Assembly (NCBI RefSeq): GCF_036321535.1
Contig: NC_087436.1
Span: 31,994,001 to 32,058,000, forward strand
DNA length: 64,000 nucleotides
Direction of reading: 5' to 3'
Source: Camelus dromedarius
Lineage: Eukaryota
Within the stretch, counting starts at the first letter, position 1. Every line of letters begins with the position of its first letter. Positions 38,371 to 52,149 of the stretch are shown in pieces. The position numbers and the translations under genes were made by a program. Below the pieces are notes generated by a model. The model was given only the letters and a program-made list of their open reading frames with translations, was not told where the DNA came from and made no database searches.

Positions 38371-40584
38371 TCAACTATGCAACATTCCTTAATATATGCA
38401 AGCACAAAATCTATGGAAACACCTGCCACAAGAGAGAAACAATGAAGTTCAGATGTACATAGAGATCAGGGACAGGAAAGTATGACACAGTACATTGCTT
38501 GCTGCAGGCTGCATCTGTTCGACTGAGCTGAGATGAGCCTCACGTTGTTCCACAGTCGGCCTAAACCACCAGCACTGCTGGCACACTGAATGGCAGAGGG
38601 TGCGTGAACCAGGAGAAATCCATCCCTACCACCGATCAAAGAGCCTAGCCCTGCATTCTCCACTGTCCCACATTAGAGAACAGTGGATGTGATACACTGC
38701 TAATAGACTTTAAGAGTTAGGAGGTTGGGAGAAAGAACTAAGGGCATAATGGAATAGCTGGCATTCAGGGTATCTCTGTGAAGTGTTCTTAAGCTACTTT
38801 TTGAAGGCAGGTGGGAAGAGAGCTTGAGGAAAAAGTGAGCAGAGTTTTCCAGATGGGAGGAGTAGGATGTGTGTGCCCCTGGGCATGAAGCTTGGGGAAG
38901 CCCACATGGAAGAAGATCAAGAGTGTTGCCAGGAAGAGAGCACATGAAATAAACTGTAGCAGCAGGGACAGCTAGTAATAGCCATGGAAGGTTTTTGCCT
39001 ATTTTGCCAATTTCCAAAGAAATAATCTCTGCAACTTGGTGTTTTGTTGTCAGGTTAATTGCCTTTTAGGATTATATTTAGATTTCCTTTTTCTTTTCTT
39101 AGAAAACCTCAAATGATTGCAACTTCCACAGAATTCTTAAATAGGTCACAATAGCCAAGGAATGCCTTTTTCTTTTCAGATGGACCCCTGAAACTCTAGA
39201 TTCCAGAGAACTAGATGTCTCATTCTCCTCGGGGGAAAGAATAGCAAATTCGACCTGCCCCACTGCCATCTCTCTCCACTCTACTTAAGGGCTCTCAGTT
39301 CACTGTTCAGTAAAAAGAAGGAGCATTTTCTCAGTGAAAACCAATTCTCCAGTAAAAGAAAGCTGGATGAGGATTTCTAAAGGTTAGAGACTTCTCACAG
39401 AAGTCAGGGCATTTTATATCACTAGAGAGAGATAACCAAGAGGAGTGCAGGGATATTACTATAGAGAAAAACAATAACATTTAAAACTGCAAACCCCACT
39501 AGCTTCCTTATATGGCAACCAATAGTGATGCTCAATACCAGCTGCCATGGCCCAATAGTTAGATGTGAGCCTCAATCAGAGAACTCTTTCATCCATGCTG
39601 CTCATACAGAAAAGAGAAAAATAATGGAAAATCTTCTAGGAAGAATTTTTTTTCTTTTTTAAAGTTCATCGTGGGGTCCAGGGAGAACTTGGAAACAATA
39701 TTCTAATTAGGAAGAACTTATCCTCATTGGGACAGGCATTTCCTACCATCCCTTTTCACAAGCTATCAACACAGGCTTTACACATTGTGAAGTCATGGCT
39801 TCCCAGAATCTTCATCTGAGTCTCGATTCCTTTTCCAATCAAGGGAAATGCTGCCAGATTTTCACTGAAATGTCACTTTCACCAAAAAGACCCTGATTAA
39901 GAATTTTGGAATCTTAGACTGAAGAACTCTCCAGGATAGTTATTATAACCTGGGCTTCAAAAGAGTAGAAATTGAGAGTTAGAGAAAGAACTACGGTAGA
40001 TAGTCTGTCAGATAGCTGCTATTAGTTACCGTGCCCTCGAACTCTGGCTTCGCTCCTTCACTGTGAACTTACTGCCGAGAGTCTGTTAGCATTCCAGCCA
40101 GGGCCAAGGGATTTATGGCAGCATAATGCAAAGAGTAAAGGAGAAAAGAAGATGATTCCAAGTCCAACAGAAAAAGAGAATGGGGTAGATAATACAGGCA
40201 AAAGGTTTATTTTTGAAGGGAAGAGGATGGAAGCAGGCTGAGAGGCAGTTAGAAATATGAAACTGGAAAGAAGACATAAAATCTAGCTTCAAAGACAGGG
40301 TCACAGTTAAAGCCATGAGATAAAGTCCCGTAGGACAAAGGTAATAAGCAGCACATACAAGTTAGTATGTGCATCCATGTATACATACCTATAGGTTCAA
40401 GGCCTGGGTTTTCAGTGTAATCAGGAGTAGAAGGGGAAAAAAAAAAAAAGAAAGAAGAAAAGGACACAGTGAAGATAGGTTGGGAAGGCAGGAAGAAAAA
40501 CTCCAAGATATTCCAAAAGCAAAGAGAACACTTCACTGTAGGGCAAACATTAACCAAAGAAAGAAAAGGAAAGAAAGAAGAAAA

Positions 40585-40830
40585 GAATGAACTGGTGTTA
40601 GAGTATTAATATCACACAAACTAGACTTAATCAAAATTCATCATTCCAGATGACAAAAGTCAACTTACAAGGAAGATGTAACAGCTCTCAAGTTGTGCTG
40701 CAATGAATAACACAGTCTCAAAATAAATAAAGCAATAAATGAGAGAACTTCAAGGAAAATAAACTCTCTAATTAGTGAGAGGTTTTTACACCTTTTATGA
40801 AGTAAATGGTTATCCTAAAAATCAGTAATT
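40585..40830 (+). mobile_element. Old L1 ORF2 endonuclease-region fragment
   Basis: gtattaatatcacacaaactagactt...aaggaagatgtaacagctctcaag...gagagaacttcaaggaaaat. Confidence 0.55.
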
Positions 40831-42320
40831 TATAAAAATATCTCTAATGATTTTTAACTATCAAATTCCAAATTCTTTAATAATGGTCTTTAATAGTCTT
40901 ACTTCACTTACCTTCTTCCTACTTGAAACTCTCCAACTTGAAACATGAACTCTGGTCAAGCTAGTTCACCAAACATAACCTTCTTGGTTTCACTACTATT
41001 CCTATCTTCAGGCTATGTCCCCTAGATGAGATGTGCTCTCCCATCTACAGATTTTTTTTTCCTTGCAATTGTGAGGGAGGCTGAAGTGGGCCCGGCAGAA
41101 GCAGACTTCTGGATCATGAGGATAAAGGAGGCAAAAAGTTACATGGACCCTAAACACAATGCCATCCCTCAACTTCCACTGGAAAGTTGTATTTATTTAT
41201 ACATCTCCCTGGTTAGGAGCCATTCATTCCAAGCAGTGTCCAAGACCAAGTTTGCAGGTGACACTCTGTGGGGTATGGAGAACAAGGATAAGTAGTCAAT
41301 TGTGTGTCTCTTTCAGGAGAAAGTTGGTGGTCCAGGAAGGTAAACCATCTCAGGCTGGGCAGATGAAGCAGGGGAGGAATAGCCTGTCTAGAATGTCAAG
41401 CTGAAATGTGACAAACAAAGGAGGAACCAGAAAACAACCTGGAGTTAACCAGTGATTGAATGAGGAACAGGAGATTAATGAGAAGCCAAGCAGCAAGTTG
41501 ATTCTGATGTGGACCAAGTAGACTCAGTTATATTGTGAAGTTTTAGGACTGGTCTCTTGAACCCACTAAGGAGTCGTAGAATGACTCAGTATTTTGGGAT
41601 GGACTCTTGACATTCTGCCTTTTCTGACAGGTAAGCTTTTATCAAAATTTAGGCATACTTTTAACCCAAGGCACAAGGAAAGAGGTGTACTGCTTCCCTC
41701 CAGTAGCTGGAATGCACCTTTAAGTAGTAGGTATATATAAAGTGACAAGTCATGATAAAGATAATGCTGTCTGCAACTTTCCCTAAGGTCAAGAAAAGCA
41801 GACAAGTCAATCACTTTCCTGTACCAGCTTATAGTCCTGGTCCTGTTATCACTGTCAACAGTTTATGAAAAAAAAAAGTCATGAAAAAATATAAATAATT
41901 CAGAGCTAATTGTCAGATGATAGTTTTAATAAGCTAACAATTTTACAGCATGAAAGCATGTTTCTGCCCATATTACTCTGTCTAAAATGAACACGACAAC
42001 AATAATATACCCAGATGTAAGATACACCTTTAAATAGAAATTATAAAATCCACAAAATGTCAAAAAAAGGTCCTTTTCCAAATAATCAGGAAGCCATGAA
42101 AATCAATGAGCCCCAGGGTATCTCCACACTGGGAACACTGTCTAAGAATCAGAAAATGTTTAATAAATCCTGGTGCTTTCTCTATGCTAATCATAGATGA
42201 TCCTGCCCCTTCCATAGCTGCAGAGAAGCCAGAAGATGTCATGAAGACAAATTCACTCAGGTGTAGGCTGAGGCTGCTGTCGGCACGGGCAACTGGAAGA
42301 GGGCTATCGAAAGGTGTTTT

Positions 42321-43562
42321 AACTCCTTGACATGGGGGCTTGGCAATGATTTTGTGGATTTGACACCTAAAATAAACAAATGGGACTACATCAAACTACA
42401 AAGCTTCTGCACTGCAACGGAAATCAACAAAATGAAAAGACAACCTACTGAAAGGGAAAAAAATATTTGCAAATCACCTATGTGATAAGGAGTTAACACC
42501 CAAAATATATAAAGAAGTCATACAACTTAATAGCCAAAATAAAAAAAAAATCCATCCAATTTTAAAATGAGCAGAGGATCTGAACAAACATTTTCCATAG
42601 AGGACATAAAATTGACAAACTGGTACATGAAAAGTGCTCAACATCATTAATCATCAGGGAAATGCAAATAAAACCTATAATGAGATACCACTTTAAACCT
42701 GATAGAAGGCCTATTAACAAAAAGACAAGAAGTAACAAGTGTCGGCAAGGATGTGGAGAAAAGGAACCCTTGTGCACTGTTGGTGGGAAATGTAAATGGT
42801 ATAGCCAAGTATGGAAAACAATATGAAAGTTTCTCTGAAAATTAAAAATAGAACTACCATATAATTCAGCAATCCTACTTCTGAGTATATAGCCAAAGAA
42901 AACAAAAACACTCATTTGAAAAGATATCTGTACACCAGGTTCACTGCAGCATTATTCACAGTAGCTAAGACATGGAAACAATCTATATGTCCATCAATGG
43001 ATAAATGCATAAAGAAGATGTGGCATACATACAATGGAATATTATTCAGACATAAGAAAAAAGGAAAACTGCCACTTGTGACAACACAGATGGATTCTGA
43101 GGACATTATACTAAGTGAAATAAGTCAGATAGAGAAAGACAAATTCTGCATAGTATCATTTATGTGTGAAATCTTAAAGAAAAAAAGTCAAACTCACAGA
43201 AACAGAGTATAAAACTGGTTGCCAGAAAAGTGACTGGGGCAGTGGGGGTGGGCCTTTGAAATAGATGTTGGTAAAGGGTATAAACTTTCAGCTATAAAAT
43301 GAATAAGGTCTGAGGAACTAATGTAAAACATAATGACTACAGTTGATAGTATACTATATTGTATAACTGAAATTTGCTAAGAAAGTGAAACTTAAATGTT
43401 CTCACCAAAAAAAAAAAGGACGACTATGTGAGATGATGGATGTGTTAACTTGAGGGTGGGAATCCCTTCACGATGTATATATATATCAAATCATCACAAT
43501 GTACACTTTAAATATCTTATAATTTTGTCAATTATACACCAATGCAGCTCAGAAAAAGAAAA
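42321..43562 (+). mobile_element. L1MA-type (L1MA9-like) 5'-truncated element
   Basis: ORF2 end (FTAALFTVAKTWKQSICPSMDKCIKKMW); 3'UTR aaagggtataaactttcagctataaaatgaataag, aaatttgctaagaaagt; A-rich tail. Confidence 0.9.
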
Positions 43563-45109
43563 GAGGTTTAAGCTCTTCAAGGAACTTTCTAACCCTGAGT
43601 CTCTACTTTTTGGAGTACTATGAAAACTCAGCTGAAAAGAAACGAACACAGCGACATCAGGTAGTTGTGATATCAGTAACACTGGGGATAACAGCAGCCG
43701 CTGAAGGAGGGGTTTTCCCACACTGTGACTGAGGGGGATGGGGTCGGGGGGTGGGAATCATAATGCTATTGAGGAAACAGAGGATAAGGCCCAACAGTGA
43801 GTACAATGATCTTCACTTGGGTTCCACCTGAGAATAAGTCTTAGCACCAAACTCCACATTGTAAAGGATTTCCTGGTCTGTCAGTGTTCCCACGCAACTC
43901 AAAGAAATGATTCTGTTGCAACATTTGAATGGCTCCCAGGATCTAAGATTGAGGTCCAGGTTCTTTCTTGGTTTAATGCCAGTTTTCCGCTTTCTTTATG
44001 CAAGGCTGTGTTGTTTTGTAATTTACACAATAAAATGCTGTCTTTTCAAAGGGGAAGATCATTAGAAGGTTTGCAGGAGCCCTTCAAACACTCCATTCAT
44101 TTTTAATGGGGCACTTGACATCCTGCAAAGTTCACACACATGAGGAAGAGATTGCACAGCATGAACTGGAAAAAAATCCACTGCCTATTCCTCCAGGAGG
44201 ATGCTGATAACATGAGGTGACTTAGTACATGACATGTTTTATAGGATGGCTCTGTAAATGGCCATGCCCTTCAGCACAAAATGAATTAAAACATAATCAT
44301 AACCCCAGTACCACTGTTACCACTGGGTGGCATTCTTTGTGATTAAATATATATCACGTTGTTTCCAGGCCTGCTATGGTAAAAACTGCTGAATTCTGAA
44401 TGGCAATTTACTTTAAGTTTTGAAAATAAAAGTGATGTTCCCCCCTAAATTTTATTTTAATTAACACTTTATTTTCAGTCACAAATCAAGTCATTATGAT
44501 GAACGTTAAGGAGGTGGCCAAATATCTTCCCAACACTGTAGTTTCTTGGTGTTGAATATTTTTCAAAATAAATAGGACATTTGGTAAATATTTGGAAATC
44601 TATTCTTTATGGTTTCAATTTACTATCAAAAAATCTAAGTTCTGAAAAGTCAGATTTAGAGAAAAGATAAATTGGAGAAAGGATGTTACTTACATTCTCT
44701 TCAAGACTCACCACAGGATTCATTTATAGCAAACCCCTGGGATAAAATGACAACTGTCAGGTGAATTCCTGCTACTATGAGCTTTGGGTAATTTTCTTCT
44801 GTCAATATTTAGAGGAATCAAAGAGAAAGGTTTCATTTCTCTTTCAGAAAGTGGAACATTCCTAGCCTCCTCTCTCTGCCATGCTCCGCATTTGAGATCA
44901 CATCCAAGAGTGTGATGCACATCGGCCACCAATCTTTGTACCCTGTTTGAGGAAGGGTGCCCTTTGTTCGTTCTCCTCAACTTTAATTCTTCCTTTCTCA
45001 GCTTTATGCAAAAACCATTCACCAGCATTTTGGGGGCCCTATGGCAAGACTCTCTCGTAGTTCTGGGCACTTACTCTCTTCCCAATTGAGTCTATACCTC
45101 CTGGGAAGA

Positions 45110-45330
45110 AAATGGGTATTGGAGTCTGAATCCCAATTCTGACTCTACCACTTAGTAGCCAAGTGACTGCAATATTGTGAAGCTTCAGTTTTCCCATCAA
45201 CCAAGCGGGTAATAATATCCAGTTCATTGGAGAGTGAGAGAAAAAGTTAAGTGTTGTTGATAAAGCATCCAGGCCTGGGCCTGTCACATAACAGGTGCTT
45301 TACAAATGGGAGCTTTCGTGATGACAAGCT
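45110..45330 (+). mobile_element. MIR SINE
   Basis: gactctaccacttagtagc..gtgact...agcttcagttttcccatc...cacataacaggtgct. Confidence 0.7.
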
Positions 45331-45854
45331 ATTATCCTGGGTGTTTCCTAATTGTCTCTTTTCTTTCTCTTGTCTGTGTTTTTTTCCTTACCTGTTTTTA
45401 ATGTTCTTCCAGTAGGTTCTCAGTTGATCCAGAGTTCCTTCCTGTTAACCTGCATTTTCCCCCTATAAACTCCTTTATCTTTCTCTCCTCACCAGCAAGC
45501 TCAGTGGACCAGCATTCTTGTCTCAACAGGAACTATCAGGCCTTTCTCCCTAACCCCATCTGGACCCAAACACTGTTTCCAGAGAGCAATGATGCATCTG
45601 CATGTCATTATAGTTCACTTCCTCTGGCCCCAGTCAGGTTGAACAGGATGCCAAACCCACAATGACTTTTAGGGATAGAGGCTCTGTCAAAAAGTTCCTC
45701 TGCACATTTAAAATAGGATTTGTTTATAAAACCTTCAGTGTATAGGCAACTTTCAGGATCAAGTCTGTGGTTCTCAAGAAGTGAGGTTCACAGGTTTAAA
45801 ATAAGTTCTATGCAGTATCTGTCCCTATACGGAGCCTGGATAAGGAAGGAGACA

Positions 45855-46070
45855 GGAATAAATGTACCTAAAATGTATTGTGTCTATTTGTGCAAGGCAC
45901 TGTGCTAAGTGTTTCACAACCATTACGTTATTTAATCTTCATAACTACCCCCACAAAATGAGTACTGCTAACCTCACTGTGATGAAAAAACTGAGATTCC
46001 AAGAGGTCAAGTGACTTGCCAAAGACATAAAGCTAGTAAGTGGCAGAGCCAATATAAATCTAAGCCTGCC
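45855..46070 (-). mobile_element. MIR SINE
   Basis: gtgcaaggcactgtgctaagtgttt...gatgaaaaaactgagattccaagaggtcaagtgacttgcc. Confidence 0.85.
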
Positions 46071-48039
46071 TCACTGTTAATGGTACAGAAAGCTTTATAA
46101 AATGTAAGAATACAATGAAACATGTTCTTCTTGTTTGCTTAAATATTTTACCTAGTACTTCGGATCTTTGGTGGTGAAAGACTCTCACGTGGGTGGGAGA
46201 AAGAGAACTCTGGCACCTTTAGCACCTGAGTGGCTGCAATACTCTCAAGTTGCAGGACATCTTAGGGACCAACTGATTCATTTTTCCTGTCAAGGTTTTC
46301 AGAAAGCCCCTAATCGCCTGGTGGAAAGTTTTTTGATTCAGCCCTCACAACCATACGGAAAGTACTAACTCTGCTGACTACAAGTTAATCCTCTTTTCCC
46401 AGAACTGTGTATGGACAAAGGTATGGAAAGACTTCGGCCTCTTCCCTTCTGAGATGGACAAGCAATGGGCCAGCCAGGTAAGGCCCAGGACTGCACCCTT
46501 TACCAGGAACTATAACATGACTGGGAGCTCAAATTCCACTGAAAATATAACCTAAGAGTATCGAAAATTATACTTATTAGGCCTCCTTTCAGGGAGTATA
46601 TTGAATGTGGTAGAAAAGAATGCTTTAAAAAGATGCCTGGGGTGAGAGAAAGAAGACTCCGAAGGGGTATGACAAAGCCATGGTTGAAGAGCTCTCAATT
46701 GTGTTCTAATGAGGTGAGACTGGGACAACTACCAGACTCTTGTTTTATAGGGTGGGGTTTGCATATGTGGATCCAGAGCTAGAATGCCCAGGAGAGGCTG
46801 AGTCCTGCCACCCAGCATTCATTCATTTATTCAATACAGGTATAGTGAGTGATCCATATATGCCGTGTTCTGTTTGTGGTGCTGGGGATAGACCAGTGAA
46901 CAACATGACAAACAAAAAGACTTCAGCCTTTCTGCTAAATAAATATTAAAAAGCACTTAAAGGCATCTCATGTCAGCATGTGGCCAACTAAGCTAATGCA
47001 GAACCCCTTCATCTTACAGACTAAAAATGACTGACATAATATAATAATAACTTTTAACATAGTCGAGATTAAAAGAAAGGATATTCAAGTATCAGAAATA
47101 AAAATGAAGTATAAAATTGAAGTAGTAACAGTGGTCCAGGAAGGGGACTGGATCAAAAATTAGTACTTTCCACTAAGTACTAGGGTGTTAGTTGTGATGG
47201 GTGCCAGGAGATACGGCCTTGGGCTCATACGAGACAGGAAGCTAGAAATTAAATCCTTAACTAAAACTGGCACCCACAAAGTTCAATGCCCAGAGTGAAA
47301 GGGACTAAAAACACCTGTTCATCATCCTCAGGGAAGTCACAAGAGATGCAAGGGAGGGTGTCTCTTCCCAGAGCATTTGGGTGAAAAATGAAAAACATAG
47401 GTCTGTGACACATCCAGTTTACCAGTTCACATTTACATTGAGAAGTACTAGAAATGAACATAAAAACTGGCCCCAGCCTGGCATATGACAAAAGCAAATC
47501 TCAACCATTCTCTAGGGCACACAGACTTTATTAAAAAAAAACCATTCTAACTGAAGATGAGCTCACAAAGCATATGCAGGAATAATCTACCCTGACAGTG
47601 AGCAGACACAAAAATTATGGAGGATTAGCACCCCCATATAATTGAAATAGTAGAATAATCTGGAATAGGCTATTTTAAAAAGAACATCTAAAAAGATTAA
47701 AAAGAAAATTGAATTGAAACTACAAGAAAAAAACTGGATACTATGGGGAAAAAAACAAGAATATTTGTTGTTGTGCCAAATTACTAAACGGCCACAAATA
47801 CCACAATGTTCACCAAAGTATTAACCTACCTTGAGTGCCCCTATGTCTGATTTTAACTCTGCTTCCATTTTATGATTCTGTAATTCTTCATCACATTAGG
47901 AGAACAAGTATTCACCAACATGAGGAGCAGAATTGGGAGAATTATTTTATTAATGTTTCAAAAACTTCTCAATGTTTCCATTTTTCCTTTGAATAATGGG
48001 GGACACTAAGAAATAAAGACATGAACTGAGTTTACCGAT

Positions 48040-49084
48040 TGTATTAGTCAGGCTGAAGGCTAAGCTTTTGTAATGAAGAGTTCCCAAAACACAGACATTT
48101 AAAGAAGGCAGACATTTATTTCTCTCCCAAATAACTGACAGGGCAGCTCTGCTCCACCAAGTCATTTAAGGACTCAGGTTCCTTTTATCTTATTTCTCCA
48201 CTATCCCCTAGGGCTGAAGGGGAGCAGATTTTGCCACCCCAAAATATGCCTCTTTGGCATATGGATTATTTTAAGCTGGTTATTTTTTGAAAACGCCAGA
48301 CATGAGAGAAGCTCTGAAAATTGAGTAGAAGTTAGCCTTTTGTAAAAAACAAAACAAAACAAAAAACAACCAATTACACGCACACGGGAAATTTTCATTT
48401 GTAAATGTGTCTCCCTCTCTGTACAGGAAGACAAGGATGACTCTAAATCATAAGAAACTCTTGTCAATGGAGAAGGCAACAACTTAAATCTGTATAACAA
48501 CCTTACCCTTGTTTACTGTGCTTTTCCTAGTAACCTCCCATAATTGACTCCCCACTTCCAACATCTTATTTTGTCTTTAACTGAAGTTGGTATTTAAGGT
48601 GATGACTTCAGCCATTGCAGAGAGTTACTCAGTTTTCCTGGGCATCCCTCATGTATACAGCAGGTATACATGTTATTAAACTTTTGTTTGTTTTTATCCT
48701 GTTAATCTGTTTTATATCAATTTAATTATTAGACCAGAACCTAGAACCAAAGAACCTAGAAGGGAAAAGGGAAATTTTTCTACAGGGCATTTTACTTAAT
48801 CTGCATTGTCAAAATAAAGTTACGAAAGAGTCCTGTTTCACTTCAGGGGCAAGGGGCCAAACCAAATGGGAGCACTGGCCTACTATCTCAAGGGCAAGTT
48901 CTGGAAATGACACACATCACTTCCACTCTCATCACTTAGCCTGACTTCAGTGACATGGCCTCATCCAACGGCAAGAGTACCTAGGAAATGGAGTTTCTAG
49001 CTGAGTGACCATGGATCCAGCTAAAACTCTATTACTCTAGAAGAAGGGGGAAAGTATTTGGGGATCATCTAGTAGTGTGTCACA
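48040..49084 (-). mobile_element. MaLR LTR (MLT1J-like) split by an ERV1 LTR
   Basis: tgtattagtcagg...gggactcaggttccttttatctt-type motif, then gacacacatcacttccactctcat..gtgacatggcc...ggaaatggagtttctagctg..caca. Confidence 0.75.
48215..48784 (+). mobile_element. ERV1-class solo LTR (MER34-like), 570 bp
   Basis: TGAAGGGG...TACA; exact 4-bp TSD GGGC (48211-48214, 48785-48788); gccaccccaaaatatgcctctttggcat; ATTAAA poly(A) signal. Confidence 0.85.
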
Positions 49085-49242
49085 GCTGTGATTCTGGCAA
49101 ACACTGGGGGATGAGGTGATTAGCAAAGCTTTTTTCATTTTTAAAATATGCTATAGCGTATCAGTCAATCACAACTATTTGTCCAAGTCCTGCTATTAGC
49201 TCACCTTTACAGGTAGCAGAAACAAAAAAATGAGGTGGCAAC

Positions 49243-50280
49243 TGAAGGGTAGCAGAATATGTCATCCCAAAATATGCCTCTTTGGCTTAAGGATTATTTT
49301 GAGCTGATTATTTTTCAGGAAAAGTGTACACAGGAGAATTTCTAAACATGAGTGGAATTTACTCTTTTGTAAGGGAAATTTACGTTTATAAGGGAAATCT
49401 CCATTTGTAAGGGTATCTCCCTCTCTGTACCAGGAAGAGAAGGATGACTCTAAGTCACAAGAAACTCTTATCAATGGAAGACACTTACATCTGCATAACA
49501 ACCTTACCCTTGTTTATTTTACTTTTCCTGATAACCTCCCATAACTGACCTCCCCACCCCCTAAAGTCTTTCTTTAGTCTTTAGCTAAAGATCGTATTTC
49601 ACATGGTGACTTGGGAGTTTTACTCAGTTTTCCTAGGTATCTCCCATGTATACATGAGGTATACATGTAATTAAAGTTCTGTTTGGTTTTCTCTTGTACC
49701 AACTAAAAACTGGCACTTGCCATCTCCCTCTACAAGGAGTGGAGCACGTTGGCACCTGCCATCTACCTCTGCTTAGATTAAATCAAGAGCCACTGCAGCC
49801 ACTGACCTCCAACACTTCCTGAAAGGAGTTCAGGGTGGAGATTAGGGACGAGACATTCTGTGCTCTGGGAAAACTGGCAGAACAGGCCCTCAGATAGTTT
49901 GATATTTTCAGGAGAAGATTTTCTAAGCCCAAATTCTTGAGATTCCTCATACCTAGAAAGGCACTAAAATCATTAACAGTGACATCTGCTCTTCGTGACT
50001 AGCAGCAAGCCTCTGCCTAAATGTGTGCTTGACTAATTGTAACCCTCCTTCACTAAAATTATATATAATACTGAGTTCCTCCCTGCCTCTTCAGAGCAGT
50101 TCCTCAGAGCTATCTGAGATGCTGTCTCCTGGGCTATAGTCTTCATTTTGCCCCAAATAAAACTTAACCAACAACTCTCACGTTGTGTGATTTTATTTCA
50201 GTCAACATCTGTTAATCTGTCTTTTATTACAGGGAGGTCTCAGTCAAGAATAATGAAAGGTAAAGGGAAAATTATCTGAA
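49243..50280 (+). mobile_element. Second MER34-like solo LTR, interrupted by another LTR
   Basis: Colinear with 48215-48784 (cccaaaatatgcctctt, ctccctctctgtac, aaccttacccttgttta). Breaks at ttttctct (49694), resumes tgttaatctgt (50210). 3' end and TSD unclear. Confidence 0.8.
49695..50207 (+). mobile_element. Younger ERV LTR (probably ERV1 class, artiodactyl-type) nested in the MER34-like LTR
   Basis: TG...CA termini; TATA-like tatatataa (~50060-50068); AATAAA (50156-50161); 3' end gccccaaataaaacttaac..caactctcacgttgtg..gtcaaca. Confidence 0.75.
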
Positions 50281-50504
50281 AGTCACCCCTCACCATTATT
50301 GCTCTCTCTTCCCCATAACAGACCGCCATCCATTTCTACTGGTTCTACCAACAAATACCTACCCAGCTCCTTTCTTGCCTCTTTTCTAGCTGTTTCTCAT
50401 CATTTCTTGCAAGGATTATTACACAGTTCTTAAGAGTTTCCTTTCTTTTTCTCCTCCAAACAATCCTCTATATTGCTTCCTGAGTGGTCTTTCTAAAACA
50501 TAGA

Positions 50505-52148
50505 TCTATCTATCTACATAATCTATCTGGTGTCTACTTTGCGGCAGGCACTGTCAGAGCTGTTTGGGATTCAGCAGCGAACAAAACAAATACAGGTGAC
50601 CTCATGAGGCTTTTAGTAGAGGGAGACAAGGCATAAATGATACACAAAATAATGATTACATTATAAACTATGTTAGCAGTATGTATGATAAACACCAAGG
50701 AAGAAAGAAAAAGTAGAGCAGAGTAACAGAAACTGAGAGTGTCGGAGGTGGGAGTGGGATGGTTGGACAGGACTCAAGCCAGTTGAGAAGGATGTTCATT
50801 AAATGAGAAGGTAACATTTAAACCAACACTGAAGAAGGCGAGGGAATTAGCTGTGAAGATCTAAGCCAAGAGAATTTTAAGAAGAGGGACAGCCAAATTG
50901 TAAACACCTATGGTGGGAGCCCTCCTGGCATGTTCAAGGAACAGAAAGGAGGCCAGTGAAGCTGGAGGAAAATGAGTGAGTTTAGACAGAGACGGGATCA
51001 GAGAGGATTGTAAGGACTTTGGTGTTCACTTTGAATCATATGAGAAGCCACTGGAGAGTTTTAAGCAGAAGAGTGACATGATCGACCCAAGTTTTTTAAA
51101 GGACCACTCTGATTGTTGTATTGAGAGTAGACTGTTAGGGGAGGGTTGAGGAGGGAAGACTGAAAGCAGGAAGACCAGTAAGAAAGCTATTGCAATATGG
51201 CAGGTGAGAGATGATGGAGGTTTCTATAAGAGCAATAGCGGTAAAAGGCTCTGGATATATTTTGAAAGCAGAGCAAACAGGATATGATGTAAGATATGAA
51301 AGCAATGGAGCAGTCAAGGATGATGTCATAGCATTTGAGGCTAAGCACATGCAAAGACAGAGATGCCATTAACTGAGATGAGGAAGACCGAGGGAGAGGT
51401 TGTGTGACATTTGCAGGGGAGGATCAAGAGTTTGGTTTTAGAATAATAAGCTTGAGATGCCTATTGACATCTGGGTGAGGATGCCAAGTAAGCAACTGGA
51501 TATGTAAGCCTGGAGTTCACACAACAGGTCTGGCCTGGAGATAAGATAATCAAGTCAACAAGTGTATATACGCACACACTGTTATAAGCATTTTACATAT
51601 GCTAACTCATTTAATCCTCACAACAACTCCAAGAGGTAGTAGGAAATATTATTATCTCTTATTTCACAGATTGGGTAACTGAGGTGCATAGAGATTAAGT
51701 AACTGAGGTCACAAAGACAGTTTGTGGAAGAGCCATATTTTAATCCAGGCATCTAAGGATCACAATCCATACTTTGAGCCACAATGATATAGTGCAGGTA
51801 ATACATTTGGGAGTCTTCAGAACACGAAGGAAATTTAAAGCTATGAGCCAGGTGAGATCACCAAATGAATATGATAGCAAAAATGTGGTCTGAGGATTTG
51901 GTTAAAATAAAACAGTGGGATTGTGGAAAGTGGATAGATGAAATAAAATTGGACCTGAATAGATAAAACATGAAACTGAGTAGTGGCCACATGGAGGTTC
52001 ATTATACTTTGCTATTTTGTGTATGACTAAAATTTTCCATAGTAAAAAGTGAAAACAAGGAGAGATAAGAGGAATTATCCAAGGAGACCAAGAAAAAGTG
52101 ACAATGAGGCAGGAAGAAAACTAGGAGCGTGGTATCCTGGAAACCAAA
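50505..52148 (-). mobile_element. L2 LINE ~1.6 kb with internal MIR and L1 fragments
   Basis: gagaagccactggagagttttaagcagaagagtgacatgatc; gagatgccattaactgagatg; gcttgagatgcctattgacatct; gtggtatcctggaaaccaa. Confidence 0.85.
51580..51790 (-). mobile_element. MIR SINE inserted in L2
   Basis: taactcatttaatcctcacaacaac...ttattatctcttatttcacagattgggtaactgagg. Confidence 0.85.
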
Positions 52149-52149
52149 T

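Noticed and set aside
48215..50280. Provirus with paired LTRs
   Set aside because: The first LTR has its own TSD, the spacer is the remainder of MLT1J plus unique DNA, and there is no primer-binding site or gag/pol sequence.
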